Shown here: positions 1 to 13,551 of the stretch, piece after piece
How positions within the stretch are numbered: position 1 is the stretch's first letter
Layout: each line of letters opens with the position of its first letter
The notes under the pieces: model-generated
What the model was told of the DNA's origin: nothing
The model's database searches: none
Seen by the model: only the letters and a program-made list of their open reading frames with translations
Made by a program: the position numbers and the translations under genes
From: Octopus sinensis
Taxonomy: Eukaryota
Direction of reading: 5' to 3'
DNA: 64,000 bases
NCBI RefSeq assembly: GCF_006345805.1
Contig: NC_043000.1
Coordinates: 42,966,001 to 43,030,000 of the forward strand

Positions 1-136
1 ATCCGGAGCCATGTGGTTGGGAAGCAAACTTTTTACCACACAACCACGCCAGCGCCTATAGAGAGAATTATACATATGGGAATTATGAGAGAATTAAGCA
101 TATACAAGTACTAACCGCGGACTATTTCGATCTATA

Positions 137-356
137 CTCTCTTACTCTTTTACTTGTTTCAGTCATTTGACTGCGGCAATGCTGGAGCACCGCCTTTAGT
201 CGAGCAACTCGACCCCGAGACTTATTCTTTTTGTAAGCCCAGTACTTATTCTATCGGTCTCTTTTTGCCGAACCGCTAAGTGATGGGGACGTAAACACAC
301 CAGCATCGGTTGTCAAGCAATGCTAGTGGAACAATCACAGACACACAAACACACAC

Positions 357-393
<37 letters not shown>

Positions 394-560
394 CACGACA
401 GGCCTCCTTCAGCTTTCATCCACCAAATCCACTCACAAGGCATTGGTCGGCCCGAGGCCATAGCAGAAGACACCCGCCCAAGATGCCACGCAGCGGGACC
501 GAACCCGGAACCATGTGGCTGGTTAGCAAGCTACCTACCACACGGCCACTCCTGCGCCTA
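137..560 (-). mobile_element. tRNA-derived SINE (family A), near full length
   Basis: Minus strand begins TAGGCGCAGGAGTGGCCGTGTGG (A-box-like) followed by GGTTCGGTCCC (B-box-like). It has an internal (TA/CA)n tract. The same sequence recurs at about 1-60, 751, 17018, 27540, 31820, 45650, 48530 and 49066. Confidence 0.85.
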
Positions 561-750
561 TATGTGAATATTTGGTACATTTCCTTAGGCACCAATTTCA
601 AGGAACTGGTCTTCACAAGACCAGAAGAGAAATATTTAATGTAAAAATACAAGTCATTAGTGCAAATTAAAATATGTGAAACGCTCCAGAACTTTAGCCT
701 GTAATATATTCACGATATAGACATATATACACATTGCAAAGATATGCATA

Positions 751-2204
751 TCTCTCTTTTACTCTTTTACTTGTTTCAGTCATTTGACTACGGCTATGCT
801 GGAGCACCGCCTCTAGTCGAGCAAATCGGCCCCGGGACGTATTCTTCGTAAGCCCAGTACTTATTCTATCGGTCTTTTTTGCCGTAAACACACCAGCATC
901 GGTTGTCAAGCAATGCTAAGGGGACAAACACAGACACACAAACACATACATATATATATATACATATATACGACACACAAACACACACACATACATATAT
1001 ATATATACATATATACGACAGGCTTCTACCAAATCCACTCACAAGGCATTGGTCGGCCTGGGGCTATAGAAGAAGACACTTGCCCGAGATCCCACACAGT
1101 GGGACTGAACCCGGAACCATGCGGTTGGTTAGCAACCTACTTTATTTCATAACATTTGCCATAAAGGCAGTACATAGAGTAAAGTGGCTTTGCGGGCTGG
1201 ACGAGGACATTAATGAAATGAATGATAATGAAAGAAAGATGATAAGGATGGGAGAAGACAAAAAGCGCCCGCCGACTTCTGCTTCTCTAACACATTGTTC
1301 TTTTAAAAACAAACACAAAACGAGGTATTAAACCTCTTACAATTTTTACAACTTTTCAATTTTTGGACTTAACAGTCCATTACTAACAACAACATAGTTC
1401 AATAATTACATATGATATAAATACAATACACAAAGCCCCTCCTCCCAGACCTGGCTTACACTTCCCTTAGGAATGCGCCAGCTCTAGGTCGGGGCCCCTC
1501 AAGTCGTATCTAAACATGTCCTATCAAACATAAAAAATACATTATCACTTCTCCCTTCCTCGTCTTTCCGGACCTCCAGTCAAATATCTAGCCGCCTGCA
1601 GAGCAGACCACGTTCACAGCCGGGGGGTTTAGAAGGAAAGCGAAGTGCCTGTTATCACATGTTTGTGTCACACAGTGCCACAATTTATGACTCATCCTCA
1701 AAATAACTTGTTCCCGTATCCTCTGCCATCCACCACGCCTCCCTCAGAACCAAATCGAGTTCCGTGTTAGCGTTGCCCGGGAACAAGCTATAATCCTCAT
1801 TGAGCTCCTTCAGCCCAAGCGTCACGTCGAACGCCACGGCCTCCACAGCTACCTGCGGAGGCCATTCGGGGTCCTGTGTGAAGGCTAAAGGTGCTCCCTT
1901 ATGGTGTTTTTCCATCACCTTTTCAATCTCTCCGCCTCTATGGAAGAAGATCAATATATCGTCTTTCCCCGGGGGCGGGATATTCAATTCTTTCGTTGGC
2001 GGCACAGTTCCCGCCAACGGTGTTTCTTCTCCTGTCGGTTGCACAACCCCAACCGACATAGTTCCGGGACATTCCGGTACTATGTCACCGACTGCCGGTA
2101 ATGTCCCGTTTCTCTTCCTCTTTCTCTTTTTTATTCTTTTCAACTGAGGGAGGGTGCGTCTCCTGGTTAGCAAGCTACTTACCACACAGCCACTCTTGCG
2201 CCTG
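751..2204 (-). mobile_element. Family A SINE split by a 1-kb insertion (SINE parts 751-1142 and 2164-2204)
   Basis: SINE sequence stops at ...ggttagcaacctactt (1142) and resumes at tggttagcaagctacttaccacacagcc (2164). Confidence 0.85.
1143..2163 (-). mobile_element. Retro-inserted element with 17-bp TSD, carrying a 5'-truncated ORF (about 1685-2160) of unknown family
   Basis: TSD tggttagcaa(c/g)ctactt at 1126-1142 and 2164-2180. The minus-strand 3' end finishes ...GAAATAAA. The ORF has a KRIKKRKRKR basic patch and an acidic C-terminus. No RT motifs are visible. Confidence 0.7.
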
Positions 2205-2534
2205 TATGTACAAATACATAAATCAAAATTTATAGTTTCAAACTCTCATTAAGATGCCTGCATACACGCACATACAAGGACATAAGGACATAAAAATGCA
2301 TTAAAAAACACTGAGAATCAGCCAACAAGGAACATTGATTATGGCCATACTGTTGGCTAAAAATAGCAAACGCATCTCCCTTAAATCATGTCCAAAACAC
2401 TTGAAATGACACATCGGGAAATACAGTCACTGAAATACATATGACAAGATGATCACTACTTTGATCAGACGCCAAATCAATCGGAAATAACCTAGAACAT
2501 CAACAGCATCAACATATATATGTAACTATGTGTG

Positions 2535-2565
<31 letters not shown>

Positions 2566-2581
2566 ATGCATATATATATAC

Positions 2582-2690
<109 letters not shown>

Positions 2691-3065
2691 TATCGTTTCA
2701 TTCTTTTACTTGTTTCAGTCACTAGAGTGCAGCCTTGCTGAAGCTCCGCCTTGAAGAATTGACGTATTTACAATATATTATAGAACTGTTATGAACCATA
2801 TCTTGGGACCATACCAAAATATTACTTGGAGTTCTTCACTAATCTAAGTAATAATGTTAGCGTGGTGTGCCAACGGAGAGCTGATGAAGTATTTTCCGAT
2901 TGACAATCCCTCACTATATCAACATGCATACATACATACATACATACATACATACATACATACATACATACATACATGCATACATACATGCATGCATACA
3001 TACATACATACATACATACATACATACATACATACATACATACATACATGCATGCATACATACAT

Positions 3066-3096
<31 letters not shown>

Positions 3097-3133
3097 CATA
3101 TATACATACATAAATACATATGTATATACATAC

Positions 3134-3368
3134 TCAATTTTTGGGGATTAATCGATAAGTTGGTATTCTATTTCAGATAATACAAAAATAACCTAATGCG
3201 TATATCTGATAGTAAACTCATGGTATCAGTTTGCATATCACAAAATAACACTTAAAAGATATAACCTAGATAACCAGGTACTGGGTTTACTGTCAGATAT
3301 ACTCATTAAGTTATTTTTGTATTATCTGAAATAGAATACCCACATATCGATTAATCCCCCAAAATTGA
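3134..3368. mobile_element. MITE-like or fold-back element with about 80-bp inverted arms
   Basis: caatttttggggattaatcgat...ctgatagtaaac (3135-3216) is the near reverse complement of gtttactgtcag...cgattaatcccccaaaattg (3285-3367). Confidence 0.75.
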
Positions 3369-4389
3369 ATATTGACTTTTATCAGATACTTTGTATATTT
3401 ATAGATAAATATATAAATATACGATAAATAATATACGATAAATAAGACCCCATAGTACAATATGTAGATGCATATAACGCTGTAGGGCACACCTCATTGA
3501 TTTGGAAATTTGTTCCCCCAAATTATATATATATAGGCATGTATATATTTATATATGTATATCTATATGTATATGTATCTATGCTCATACAAATATCTGT
3601 GTATAATATTTAATGCTAAGAGGCAAAGTAACTGCAGTATTTGTTTTGTCCAATGATGATATATCTTATAAATGCACTGTCTATAAAAATATAATTATAT
3701 CTGTAGCAGACAAAAATCATCCAACAGTGGCGGTAAGAATACTAGATGTGAATTTCTGCATCGTTGAGCTCTGTCAGTTGTATGTAGCCAGTGTCATGAG
3801 TTGACTGTTTTAATCTAACACGCACTCGCAGACACACATATATGTACGTATATCTATATTGACAGATACACAAATGGATAGACAGAGATACCCACAAACA
3901 CATTCATGAGTGTGCGTCTGTGTGCGAGTGTGTGTATGTGTGTCTGTATCGTATAATTCTTGATAGCAAGTATTGACATAAAATTATATATAAGATTATA
4001 TAAAACTTGATATATACAGATAAAGCAATGTATCTTAATTAAAGCACAAATACGAGTACAATATCGGAAGGATAGAAGTTTCCGTCTTGCTGTACTCAGT
4101 TCATACCCATATCGCCACGTCTCAAAAACAAGTACTCGGTACGATCTGTTCGACTAAAATCATTCAAAGCGATGTCCAACCATGACCGCTATCGAACTGA
4201 AACAAGATAAACGATTATGATTACCTCTGTACACGTGCAAAATTTGGGGCCAGAACGAATGCCTTAGGGAAACGCTCTCGTGACACACTATTAAATTAGT
4301 ATTAGTGTGTGTGAGTGTTATACACAGACATACGAAAACGTATACGCATAAACTATACATACATACATATATAATATATTATATTATAT

Positions 4390-4428
<39 letters not shown>

Positions 4429-4579
4429 ATGTATATGTATGTATGTATGTATGTGTATGTATGTATACACATCCGTGTGTGTGTGTGTACGTAAATGTAT
4501 GTAAATATATGTAATCGTGTGTGTGCGTATGTGCGTGTGTGTGTGTGAGTAACTTAGCTTTTTGATCTTGGCCGTTTTT

Positions 4580-4770
4580 GGCGGCGAGCTGGTAGAATCG
4601 TTAGCAAACCGGGCAAAATACTTAGCAAAACTTCTTCCAGCTCTCAACGTTCTGAGTTCAAATGTCATTTCGAGGACGATAAAATAAGTACCAGTTGAGC
4701 ACCGCGGTTGATGTTATCAACTTCCCCTCCCCTCAAAACTTGGTAGACTTGTGTCAAACTTAGAAAGAAT
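4580..4770 (+). mobile_element. tRNA-derived SINE (family B)
   Basis: Head GGCGGCGAGCTGGTAGAATCGTTAG...CTGAGTTCAAAT with A/B-box-like motifs. Other copies at about 8918(+), 13585(+), 15240(-), 20826(-), 26770(+) and 30160(-). Confidence 0.8.
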
Positions 4771-5399
4771 TATTGTCCCGGGCCACGTTTAACCTAATAG
4801 GTCCACCTAGTGCAATCTTTTAACTTGTACTTCAGAACACATTGGCCCTGACAAATCGGGCACTGCTTTTTATTGGAAGAAATTTTTTAGGTACCGTTTT
4901 GGTGTCATAAGTTTTTCTTTGATTTCTTTCGAAATGATTTTACAATGGAGTATGATCATTGGAGGTAAAAATGTGCTGTGGCAAAGTTGCTACGTAATGT
5001 GAGTTCTATTTTTGTACAGGGGTCTAGACAGGCAAGATTTATGAACTTGATACCCGAATCGTTGGGACAGTATGAATGGATTATTTCTTCCGTTCTAGAA
5101 ACGATGTAGCACTCTCTAAGGAGTCGTGGAGAATAAAGAGTTCTACTTTTGTGGCGATCGCAATAATTCAATACATGCGCGCCTGCATGTGTGTGTGCAT
5201 CTCTACAGGTAGGTAAGTAGATAGATATATAGAGAGATAGAAAGATAATAGAAGACAAACACATACACATATAATTATATATATATATAATATATATATA
5301 TATATTATATGGAGAGAGAGAGACGGAGAGATAGAAATATGTGTACATACATGTTTGCATACTTGCATTTATACATAAATACACGGTGTCATGATTTAT

Positions 5400-5833
5400 A
5401 TATAGCTATATTCGCACATAGAAAACATACATACACAAACGCATATATATTATATATAAATATATATATAGATATATAATATATATATATATATATAATA
5501 TATGTATGTATATATATATATATGTATGTATATTTATATATATATATTATATATATATATTATATATTATATATATACATATATATATATGTATATATAT
5601 ATACATATATATATATACATATATATACATATAATATATACATAATATATATACATATATATAATACTATATATTATACAGAATATACTTATTATATATA
5701 TACATATATACATATATACATATATATATATAACATATATATATATACATATAATATATACATATATATATATACTATATATACATATTACTATACATAT
5801 ATATACATATCATATATATATATATTATATATA

Positions 5834-5875
<42 letters not shown>
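5400..5875. repeat. Complex (TA)n/(TACA)n microsatellite
   Basis: Read directly from the sequence. Confidence 0.95.
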
Positions 5876-5876
<1 letters not shown>

Positions 5877-6643
5877 GATTCATAATATAGACACATATAT
5901 AGACATACATAGTCATGCATACACAAACAGAAGGCAATTAACATACATGTGCACTCGAAATAAACTAGGTATCATTTTTCTGCTGTCATGGAAACATTCG
6001 ACAACTAATGAAAACATATACACACATACTAGCACTTATAATCACACACACACACACAGGTACACACTCACACACAGCTACACACTCAGACAGACACACC
6101 CACATGTACAAACGCGTGTGAGCACACACAGATTTATACATTTATTTATACACACGCGCGCACACACACACACCACACACACATACATACATGGTCGTAA
6201 GAAAACTCCCCTAACACGGCCGACAGTTTTAAGCTCTGCTTTAATGATGAATTTATGAGTTGAAATAAGCGAATGAAAATGTATGTGCTTGAAGCAGGGA
6301 TGGATGGGGAGTAACTTGTCTTCGTGGAAACATCTCTGTCTCAAAGCAATGATGCTGACATCATAAATCAAAGCAATTTAATTACTTTCCTTCAGCCATA
6401 TTGTCAATTTAATTTTATGCTTCGCTGTCTGTTGACACACTTTTCTTTGACCTGGAGAGTTCATTTCAAAGATCTTCCAAATCACTAAACATTGCCAGTT
6501 TTATAATATCCTCACTATGTTACTTGTCAAACACACATGTATTTAGCTGTGTGAATTGACAAATAATCTTCACTAGAATCCTTCGTTTTATGTATGCATT
6601 CAAAATACTTTGAAATAAAATATAACAAAATTGCATCAGACTC

Positions 6644-6657
6644 TAGTAGTAGTAGTA

Positions 6658-6724
<67 letters not shown>

Positions 6725-6732
6725 GGTGGTTG
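6644..6732. repeat. (TAG)n-(TGG)n microsatellite
   Basis: Read directly from the sequence. Confidence 0.95.
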
Positions 6733-7867
6733 TAGTCTAAAACCAAGGCAATCGTAATTGTGCAAGTCTGATTAAACGTGGCCAACGATTATTTTATTTT
6801 CCGTCTTTTACTTAGTTTTTGGCAAATTTAAGACGCCTCTTTCTTTATTTAATATAAATTCAATCCCGTCCAATCCAGAATATATTGCGTCAGCGTATGA
6901 ATAAGCGTCCAAAATCTCAAGAACGAATACCGAAGATAATTAATTTACGCTGTAAAAGGAACACAATACAGTTCAGAATTCAAAGTTTCGAGCTTTTTAA
7001 TCCTGCATTATGAGACAGGATATTTGAATGCTGTCCTTCACTAGTAACAGAACATAAAGTATGTGAGACATAAAGTATGTGAGATTGAGTGTAATTTCCA
7101 AGGAATTTGGTTGTTATTTCTAGCATGCCTTGCAGCCATGAAAAAGCTGCTAGTTGTTTAGTTACTGAATAATATTATTTTCATTCAAATTTAAGACGGT
7201 TCTGGTCCAGAGACTTGTATTCAGAAAGTTCAGACGTGAACATATAGTATGTTTTTTTTTAGACATACATAGTATATCTAGATTTATATTAACCAATGCA
7301 TCTTAGAGGTTTTGTAACACAATGTTGAACGTTTTTCTACAAATTAGTAATCTAGGCATCGGTATACAGTTTTGGTGTGTGTATATGTATTGATAATAGT
7401 TTGAATAAGCTCAGTATGACTTATAGCTCCGTGGGCTCGTAGGACCAAAGCATCTTATCAGATATATAAAGATGGCCTCTAAATGATGGGCCACTAATTC
7501 TTAGGTCAGGACACACATGGTGATATTTTTGCGGAAGCGATGTAAGTTCTCCAGTGACTCTCCATCCAACGTGTCTCCTCCTTTTCTCCTCTTCCACATG
7601 GCGAAAGATTTCCAGACAAAGGATATAAAATAAGAAGAATGATAGCAAAAAATATATGTTATTTGCTAAATTTTGTGGCCCTCGTGCTTTGGACATAACG
7701 TTGGTAGGTGGCTGTCGCCAATATATCTGCAAGCTGCGGTATAGTGTATTCAGCGACACACGCGCACTCGCATACACCTGTACACACACACGTACACCTC
7801 TTATACATATATATATATATATATTATATATATATTGGAAGGTTTGGAGATGATGTATATGTATTTT

Positions 7868-8272
7868 ATATTAGAAGAATTGAGGTACTCAGAAAATCGG
7901 ATGGTTTATATTTACAGATATTTATTTGTATATTACATTTTTTATACATCATATAACTTAGATCATGTATTAGCGCTTTCTCCCATTCTAGTGGGGTTTT
8001 CAAAACAAACTAAGTTCCTGTGTGGAACTTAGTTTGATTTGAAAACCCCACTAGGAACTTGAAAACCCCACTAGAATGGGAGAAAGCGCTAATACATGAT
8101 CTAAGTTATATGATGTATGAAAACCCCACTAGGAACTTGAAAACCCCACTAGAATGGGAGAAAGCGCTAATACATGATCTAAGTTATATGATGTATAAAA
8201 AATGTAATATACAAATAAATATCTGTAAATATAAACCATCCGATTTTCTGAGTACCTCATTTCTTCTAATAT
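7868..8272. repeat. Long palindrome centred near 8021, with internal tandem duplications in the right arm
   Basis: 7868-8018 is the reverse complement of the right-hand sequence, with centre caaactaagttcc-tgtgt-ggaacttagtttg. The right arm carries a short and an approximately 70-bp tandem duplication of gaaaaccccactag... Confidence 0.85.
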
Positions 8273-8363
8273 ATATATATATATACATATATACAGACTT
8301 ACACACACACACGCGCACGCACACACACACGCGCACGCACACACACACACGCACGCACACACA

Positions 8364-8403
<40 letters not shown>

Positions 8404-8506
8404 AACATCTTATAAACAAATACTAATTTTAACCTTTAAAGGTAAATTAATATGCTACCACTTTCGCTGAAATTTTTTCTGAAAAATTTTTTATCCTATA
8501 TTAGTA

Positions 8507-8552
<46 letters not shown>

Positions 8553-8917
8553 GTATATATATATGTATATATATATATATATATTAACAGAAAGAGAGAG
8601 AGAGAAAGGGAGAGTGAGAGAGAGGGAATTGTGTAAATTTTGGAGATAGCGTGTCATGGTTTACACTATTGTATTATTGAATGTATTGCTTTGAGGCAAC
8701 TTTTCAACTTTTTTAATAGTTTAGGGTTTCACTTTTGGAGGAAATGGTTCAGCTACTGCAGCTGTTGGTGCTATTGCTGTTGTTGTTAACATCACAAAGC
8801 CCCTGCTCTAGCGACATTATAATCAGATAAGATTTTGTCCTGACCATCCATCTTTCTGTATATTTATTAATACAACCTGTATTCTGTGTCTTTTTTGTAT
8901 GATGGTAATTTAGGAAA

Positions 8918-9130
8918 GGCGGCGAGCTGGCATAATCGATATCGCACCGGAAAAAAATGCTTAGTATAATTTCTTCCGACTTTACATTCTGAATTCAAAT
9001 GCCACCGGGATCCATTTTGTCTTTCATTCTTTCGGGATCGATAAACTAAGTTAGCAGGTGATCACTGGGGTTAATGTAAACGACTTACCCCTACCACGAA
9101 ATTACTGGTCTTGTGCCAAAATTTGAAGCC
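8918..9130 (+). mobile_element. tRNA-derived SINE (family B)
   Basis: Same head and body as the copy at 4580. Confidence 0.8.
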
Positions 9131-10199
9131 AATTTAGGACTGAGGGAAATTTTTGGTGCTATTTCTTAGAGAGCGAGGTATCATTTATAATTCCACTGAT
9201 TCATTTATGCTTCACCAGTTAGAAATAAAGAACACTTTATTAATATGACTTCCAATCATTAGAGCATTGATTTATCTCTTTTACACGCTTGAACTCTGAT
9301 TTCTATATGAAATATTATTTCCTACTTTTGAACAACAGACTTTTGACACACTGGGTCACCAATTTCAAGCGTTTAAATCAATTGTACTAATCCCTGGCCT
9401 TAGTTTGATACACATTTTATTGAAATCTGTTTATCGAAGGACTAATTGAGTTCTCATACACATTAAGTACAACGGGTTATTTATGTTGATATGCACATCC
9501 CATACACGTGCGCGCACACACACATACACACAACTCGAACTAGTCGTAAGGTTAAGCTGTATAATATTAATTACGAACGTAAAATTAGGCAAACTTCTTC
9601 TATGCATATATTAATTGGCATAACCCACTATGGGAGTTGCCACACCTATAGCTAATTTTTTTTTTACTCAAGAAATATGTTCTCACACATACATTCGTAG
9701 ATATTAGATCTTTAGCAGGAATACAATCAAATTACCCGTGCAAAGCATTACGTCGTTTTCGAGAGAAGCTAGATTAATAATTATTAATAATTCTACTGCT
9801 TAAAGTGACGCTACCTAGTATGAAAATTATAATTGTGTTAATATAAATAATGCCTCTTCAAATGGGAATTGTACAATAAATTAAGGAACATATACGTGTA
9901 TGGTGGGCACTTTCACCACCAGCAAATCTCATGTAGATTGAACAGCTAAGAGATTTAAGATTCGATATCCCATATGTAATTAGAAATAGATTAGAACGAT
10001 AACGCTTTCTTGATAGAAACATCAGATATGATATCCAAAGGTGAATATTTGTTATGTATATGTGTAATTTAGTAGATTACTAGGCTGAATTATGTATTTC
10101 TAATTTCCTCGACATTACAAAAAATAGACAGTATAAAAATTCTTTAACGTCTTTCACTGTTACACATTCACATAATTCCTTATGTTCACATACACTTTC

Positions 10200-10224
10200 T
10201 CATATACATACATACATACATACA

Positions 10225-10323
<99 letters not shown>

Positions 10324-10364
10324 TACATATATATATATATATACATATATACATATATATATAC

Positions 10365-10440
<76 letters not shown>

Positions 10441-10444
10441 ATAT

Positions 10445-10492
<48 letters not shown>

Positions 10493-10496
10493 ATAA
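10200..10496. repeat. (TA)n/(CATA)n microsatellite
   Basis: Read directly from the sequence. Confidence 0.95.
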
Positions 10497-10559
10497 AGAT
10501 TTACGGAGATGTACTTGCATAGCAATGATCTGGGGTCAGAGATCGTGTGCTGGAACGAA

Positions 10560-10845
10560 AACAATTGCAGCGTGGAAGGTGTTTGCAAGCCCTTTAATAA
10601 ACACACAAAAACCGTTAGATTCACTTCAACATTTAAATTTAATTTGCCAAAATATTTCCGTCGCTTTGAGACCGTGACCTTTTCACTGACAAAATTCCGT
10701 GCTGCACAGAATTTTGTCAATGAACAGGTCGCGGACTCAAAGCGAGGAAAATATTTTGGCAAATTAAATTTAAATGTTTAAGTGAATCTAACGGTTTTGT
10801 GTGTTTATTAAAGGGCTTGTAAACACCTTCCACGCTGCAATTGTT
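10560..10845. repeat. About 285-bp fold-back hairpin
   Basis: acaattgcagcgtggaaggtg... pairs with ...caccttccacgctgcaattgt; the apex is aaattccgtgctgcacagaattt near 10700. Confidence 0.85.
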
Positions 10846-11849
10846 ATATATATAAAATCTTAGGGAATAATAAGTATTCCAGGTTATCAGGATATTTACG
10901 ATTTTACACTTTACTAATGCAATGTAAATAATATCATTTATAATATTATTACAAATTTGGGATTTTACCAATAGAACCGCAACTCATCCAATAAAATAAT
11001 GTAAGCATTTAAAAAACCTACTATAAAATACAATAAAATTATTTGAAAAAATATTTGAAAAAATCTATATAATTTACCTGTTATTAGTCTGTGAGGAAAG
11101 AAGATATTTTTGATCAACGCTACATTTGCAGATCGAAGTCAAATAGAATAGGTAATAAAATGTGCTTATTATGCACAACTGAGTTTATGAAAATACTCCG
11201 GTCGAGAGAGGTATTACTGAAGAGTATTGAAGAGAGAGGGGAAAAAATGCCAACATAAGAATAACTTTACGTATAATAAAATGAAAAATATATAAAATTA
11301 TAACCCCCTTCCCCCAAAATGAGGGTGAAAAAATTGTATATTAATTTAATAACATCAATTTAACACCAGTGGTTTAGCGCATAAAAAATTGAGATTCAGT
11401 AAATATTATTAATACACATATGAGAGAGAATCCACTAAAGTGGACGCCCTTCTCATTTGATTTTAATTCTTAATTAATATGTTCTCAAACCGACGTAAAC
11501 TACTGCAGTGAATTGTTTATGCAGTATTTATTTCCGGGAATTTAGCACGCTGGAACGAGGAAATTTGAATATAACTAGGAATATAATATGCCGTACTGCT
11601 CGTGTTAAGATATGGCGTGCAGTCAGTTCGACAAATTATATTTTTGACGGACGCGACTGATGATCTGCATATTAATTGTGTGAGTAAAATTGCATAATTT
11701 ATTAACAGTGAAACAATTGTATGGGGTTAATCTATATTTTTGTTATTTTTCATTTGTCCTGCGCGCTTACGTTCATAGTGTGCTAAGTTTTTCTTGAGAA
11801 CAATTTTTAGTGGTTAGCGTAAGGGCGTCCACTTTAGTGGATTCTCTCT

Positions 11850-11855
11850 CATATG

Positions 11856-11913
<58 letters not shown>

Positions 11914-11916
11914 ACG

Positions 11917-11961
<45 letters not shown>

Positions 11962-11987
11962 TGTGTGTGTGTGTGTGTGTATGTATG

Positions 11988-12018
<31 letters not shown>

Positions 12019-12061
12019 ATGTATGTATATATATATATGTGTGTGTATGTATGTATATATA

Positions 12062-12113
<52 letters not shown>

Positions 12114-12133
12114 TGTATATATACATACATACA

Positions 12134-12168
<35 letters not shown>

Positions 12169-12210
12169 GCATATATATATATGAATACACACACACATAT
12201 ATATATATGC
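11850..12210. repeat. Compound (TA)n/(TG)n/(CATA)n microsatellite
   Basis: Read directly from the sequence. Confidence 0.95.
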
Positions 12211-12249
12211 CAAAACTGTCAGATTAAGTGATTTCAGTGTACTGCTTCT

Positions 12250-12698
12250 AACGCTGGAGATGTACTGCGGTATCGGCTGTTCACTAGCAGCGAACTAAGG
12301 TAATACCTCTTATTTTTCGAACACTTCCGGAGTATTCGGGGGAGTTCCAAGCTATGCTGTTTTCTGCAAGTGCTCTACCATTATTGCAGCTTCTATTTGC
12401 TCCACGTACCTCTCGAGATTTTTGCTCACTGTTCCCGGGACTCCGACAATTACTAGTACCACCGCTACCTTTTTCATCAACCACAATTGCTTAAATTCTC
12501 AAGCTAATCTGTCATATCTATCGACTTTTTTTTCTTCCTTATCGCATATCTTGTTGTCAGCTGAGCATGCTATATCTATGATCCAGCATAGTTTGTTTTC
12601 TTTCTCAATTAATACTGTGTCTGGCTTCCTATTCTCTATCTCATGGTTGCACTGACTCACATAGTAATTTTGCATTTTTGTTTTCGACGATGCCTTCA
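12250..12698 (-). mobile_element. R4/Dong-like LINE 3' fragment (restriction-like endonuclease domain), decayed
   Basis: Frameshifted translation EGIVENKNAKLL...DHEIENRKPDTVLIEKENKLCWIIDIAC..D..I.DKE.KK.DRY..L...W.MKKV.VV.VIVG...GT.RILRK matches the PD-(D/E)xK RLE C-terminus of R4/Dong-clade non-LTR elements. Confidence 0.8.
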
Positions 12699-12719
12699 GA
12701 TTATTATTATTATTATTAT

Positions 12720-13040
12720 TGATTCAATAGTTTTATTTTTATAGCGTGCTTTCACTTCACTACCGAGCGCAGCTCCATGTGCCTTAGGTATGTGCTGTGA
12801 TTTGTTGTGACCTTCTGATGGTTATTGTATGGAAAGTGTTCTGCGTAGGATGTGTGCAGTGCCTAGTAGTGCAATTTTCTGTATGTTATATGTGTTTGTA
12901 AGTCCTGGTGTCTTTGTCTGAATATTTTTTATCATGCCTAATGCATCTACTATGATAGGAATTGTTTCTGTTTTTAGACTCCACATTCTGGTTACCTCTA
13001 TTTCCAGGTCTTTGTATTTTGAAAGTTTCTCCATTTCTTT
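12720..13040 (-). mobile_element. Second R4/Dong-like LINE 3' end with 3'UTR and (TAA)n tail
   Basis: ORF 12822-13034 EKLSKYKDLEIEVTRMWSLKTETIPIIVDALG...QKIALLGTAHILRRTLS; (TTA)n at 12701-12720. Confidence 0.85.
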
Positions 13041-13047
13041 TAGAGAA

Positions 13048-13099
<52 letters not shown>

Positions 13100-13103
<4 letters not shown>

Positions 13104-13420
13104 GTTTGACTTTTGCTTTGTATTTGTACAAGTTGACTCTAAGTTTCCTCAGGAGACCTCAAGAGACAATAAGTTCAAGGTGGTGTTATGTCTAGGGTGT
13201 CATATATTTGGTTTTGCACGTTGTATTGTTCTAGAGAATGTTTAAGAAAACAGAAGAAAATTATAAGTTTGTTTTAAAATTCGCGATTACATAGACAGTA
13301 TTTTACGTAGGATATGGTCAATTCCCATGAGCACTATCTTTTGAATTCCTGCCATTTTGGGGTTTCCTGGTATCTGAGCTAGAGTACCATATTCTTGGTT
13401 TTCTATGTTTTCGGGGTTGA
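13100..13420 (-). mobile_element. Third R4/Dong-like LINE 3' end
   Basis: Minus-strand QIPGNPKMAGIQKIVLMGIDHILRKILSM* followed by 3'UTR and (TTA)n at 13048-13100. Confidence 0.65.
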
Positions 13421-13508
13421 TAAAATAAGTTCCAGTTGAATACTGGTGTCGATTTAATTGACTGAGCCCCTAACTCAAACCTTTTGTCTTGATGCCAAAA
13501 TTTGAAAC

Positions 13509-13551
<43 letters not shown>

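Noticed and set aside
7421-7789. 122-aa minus-strand ORF and nearby splice-like signals
   Set aside because: No recognisable domain and no consistent exon chain.
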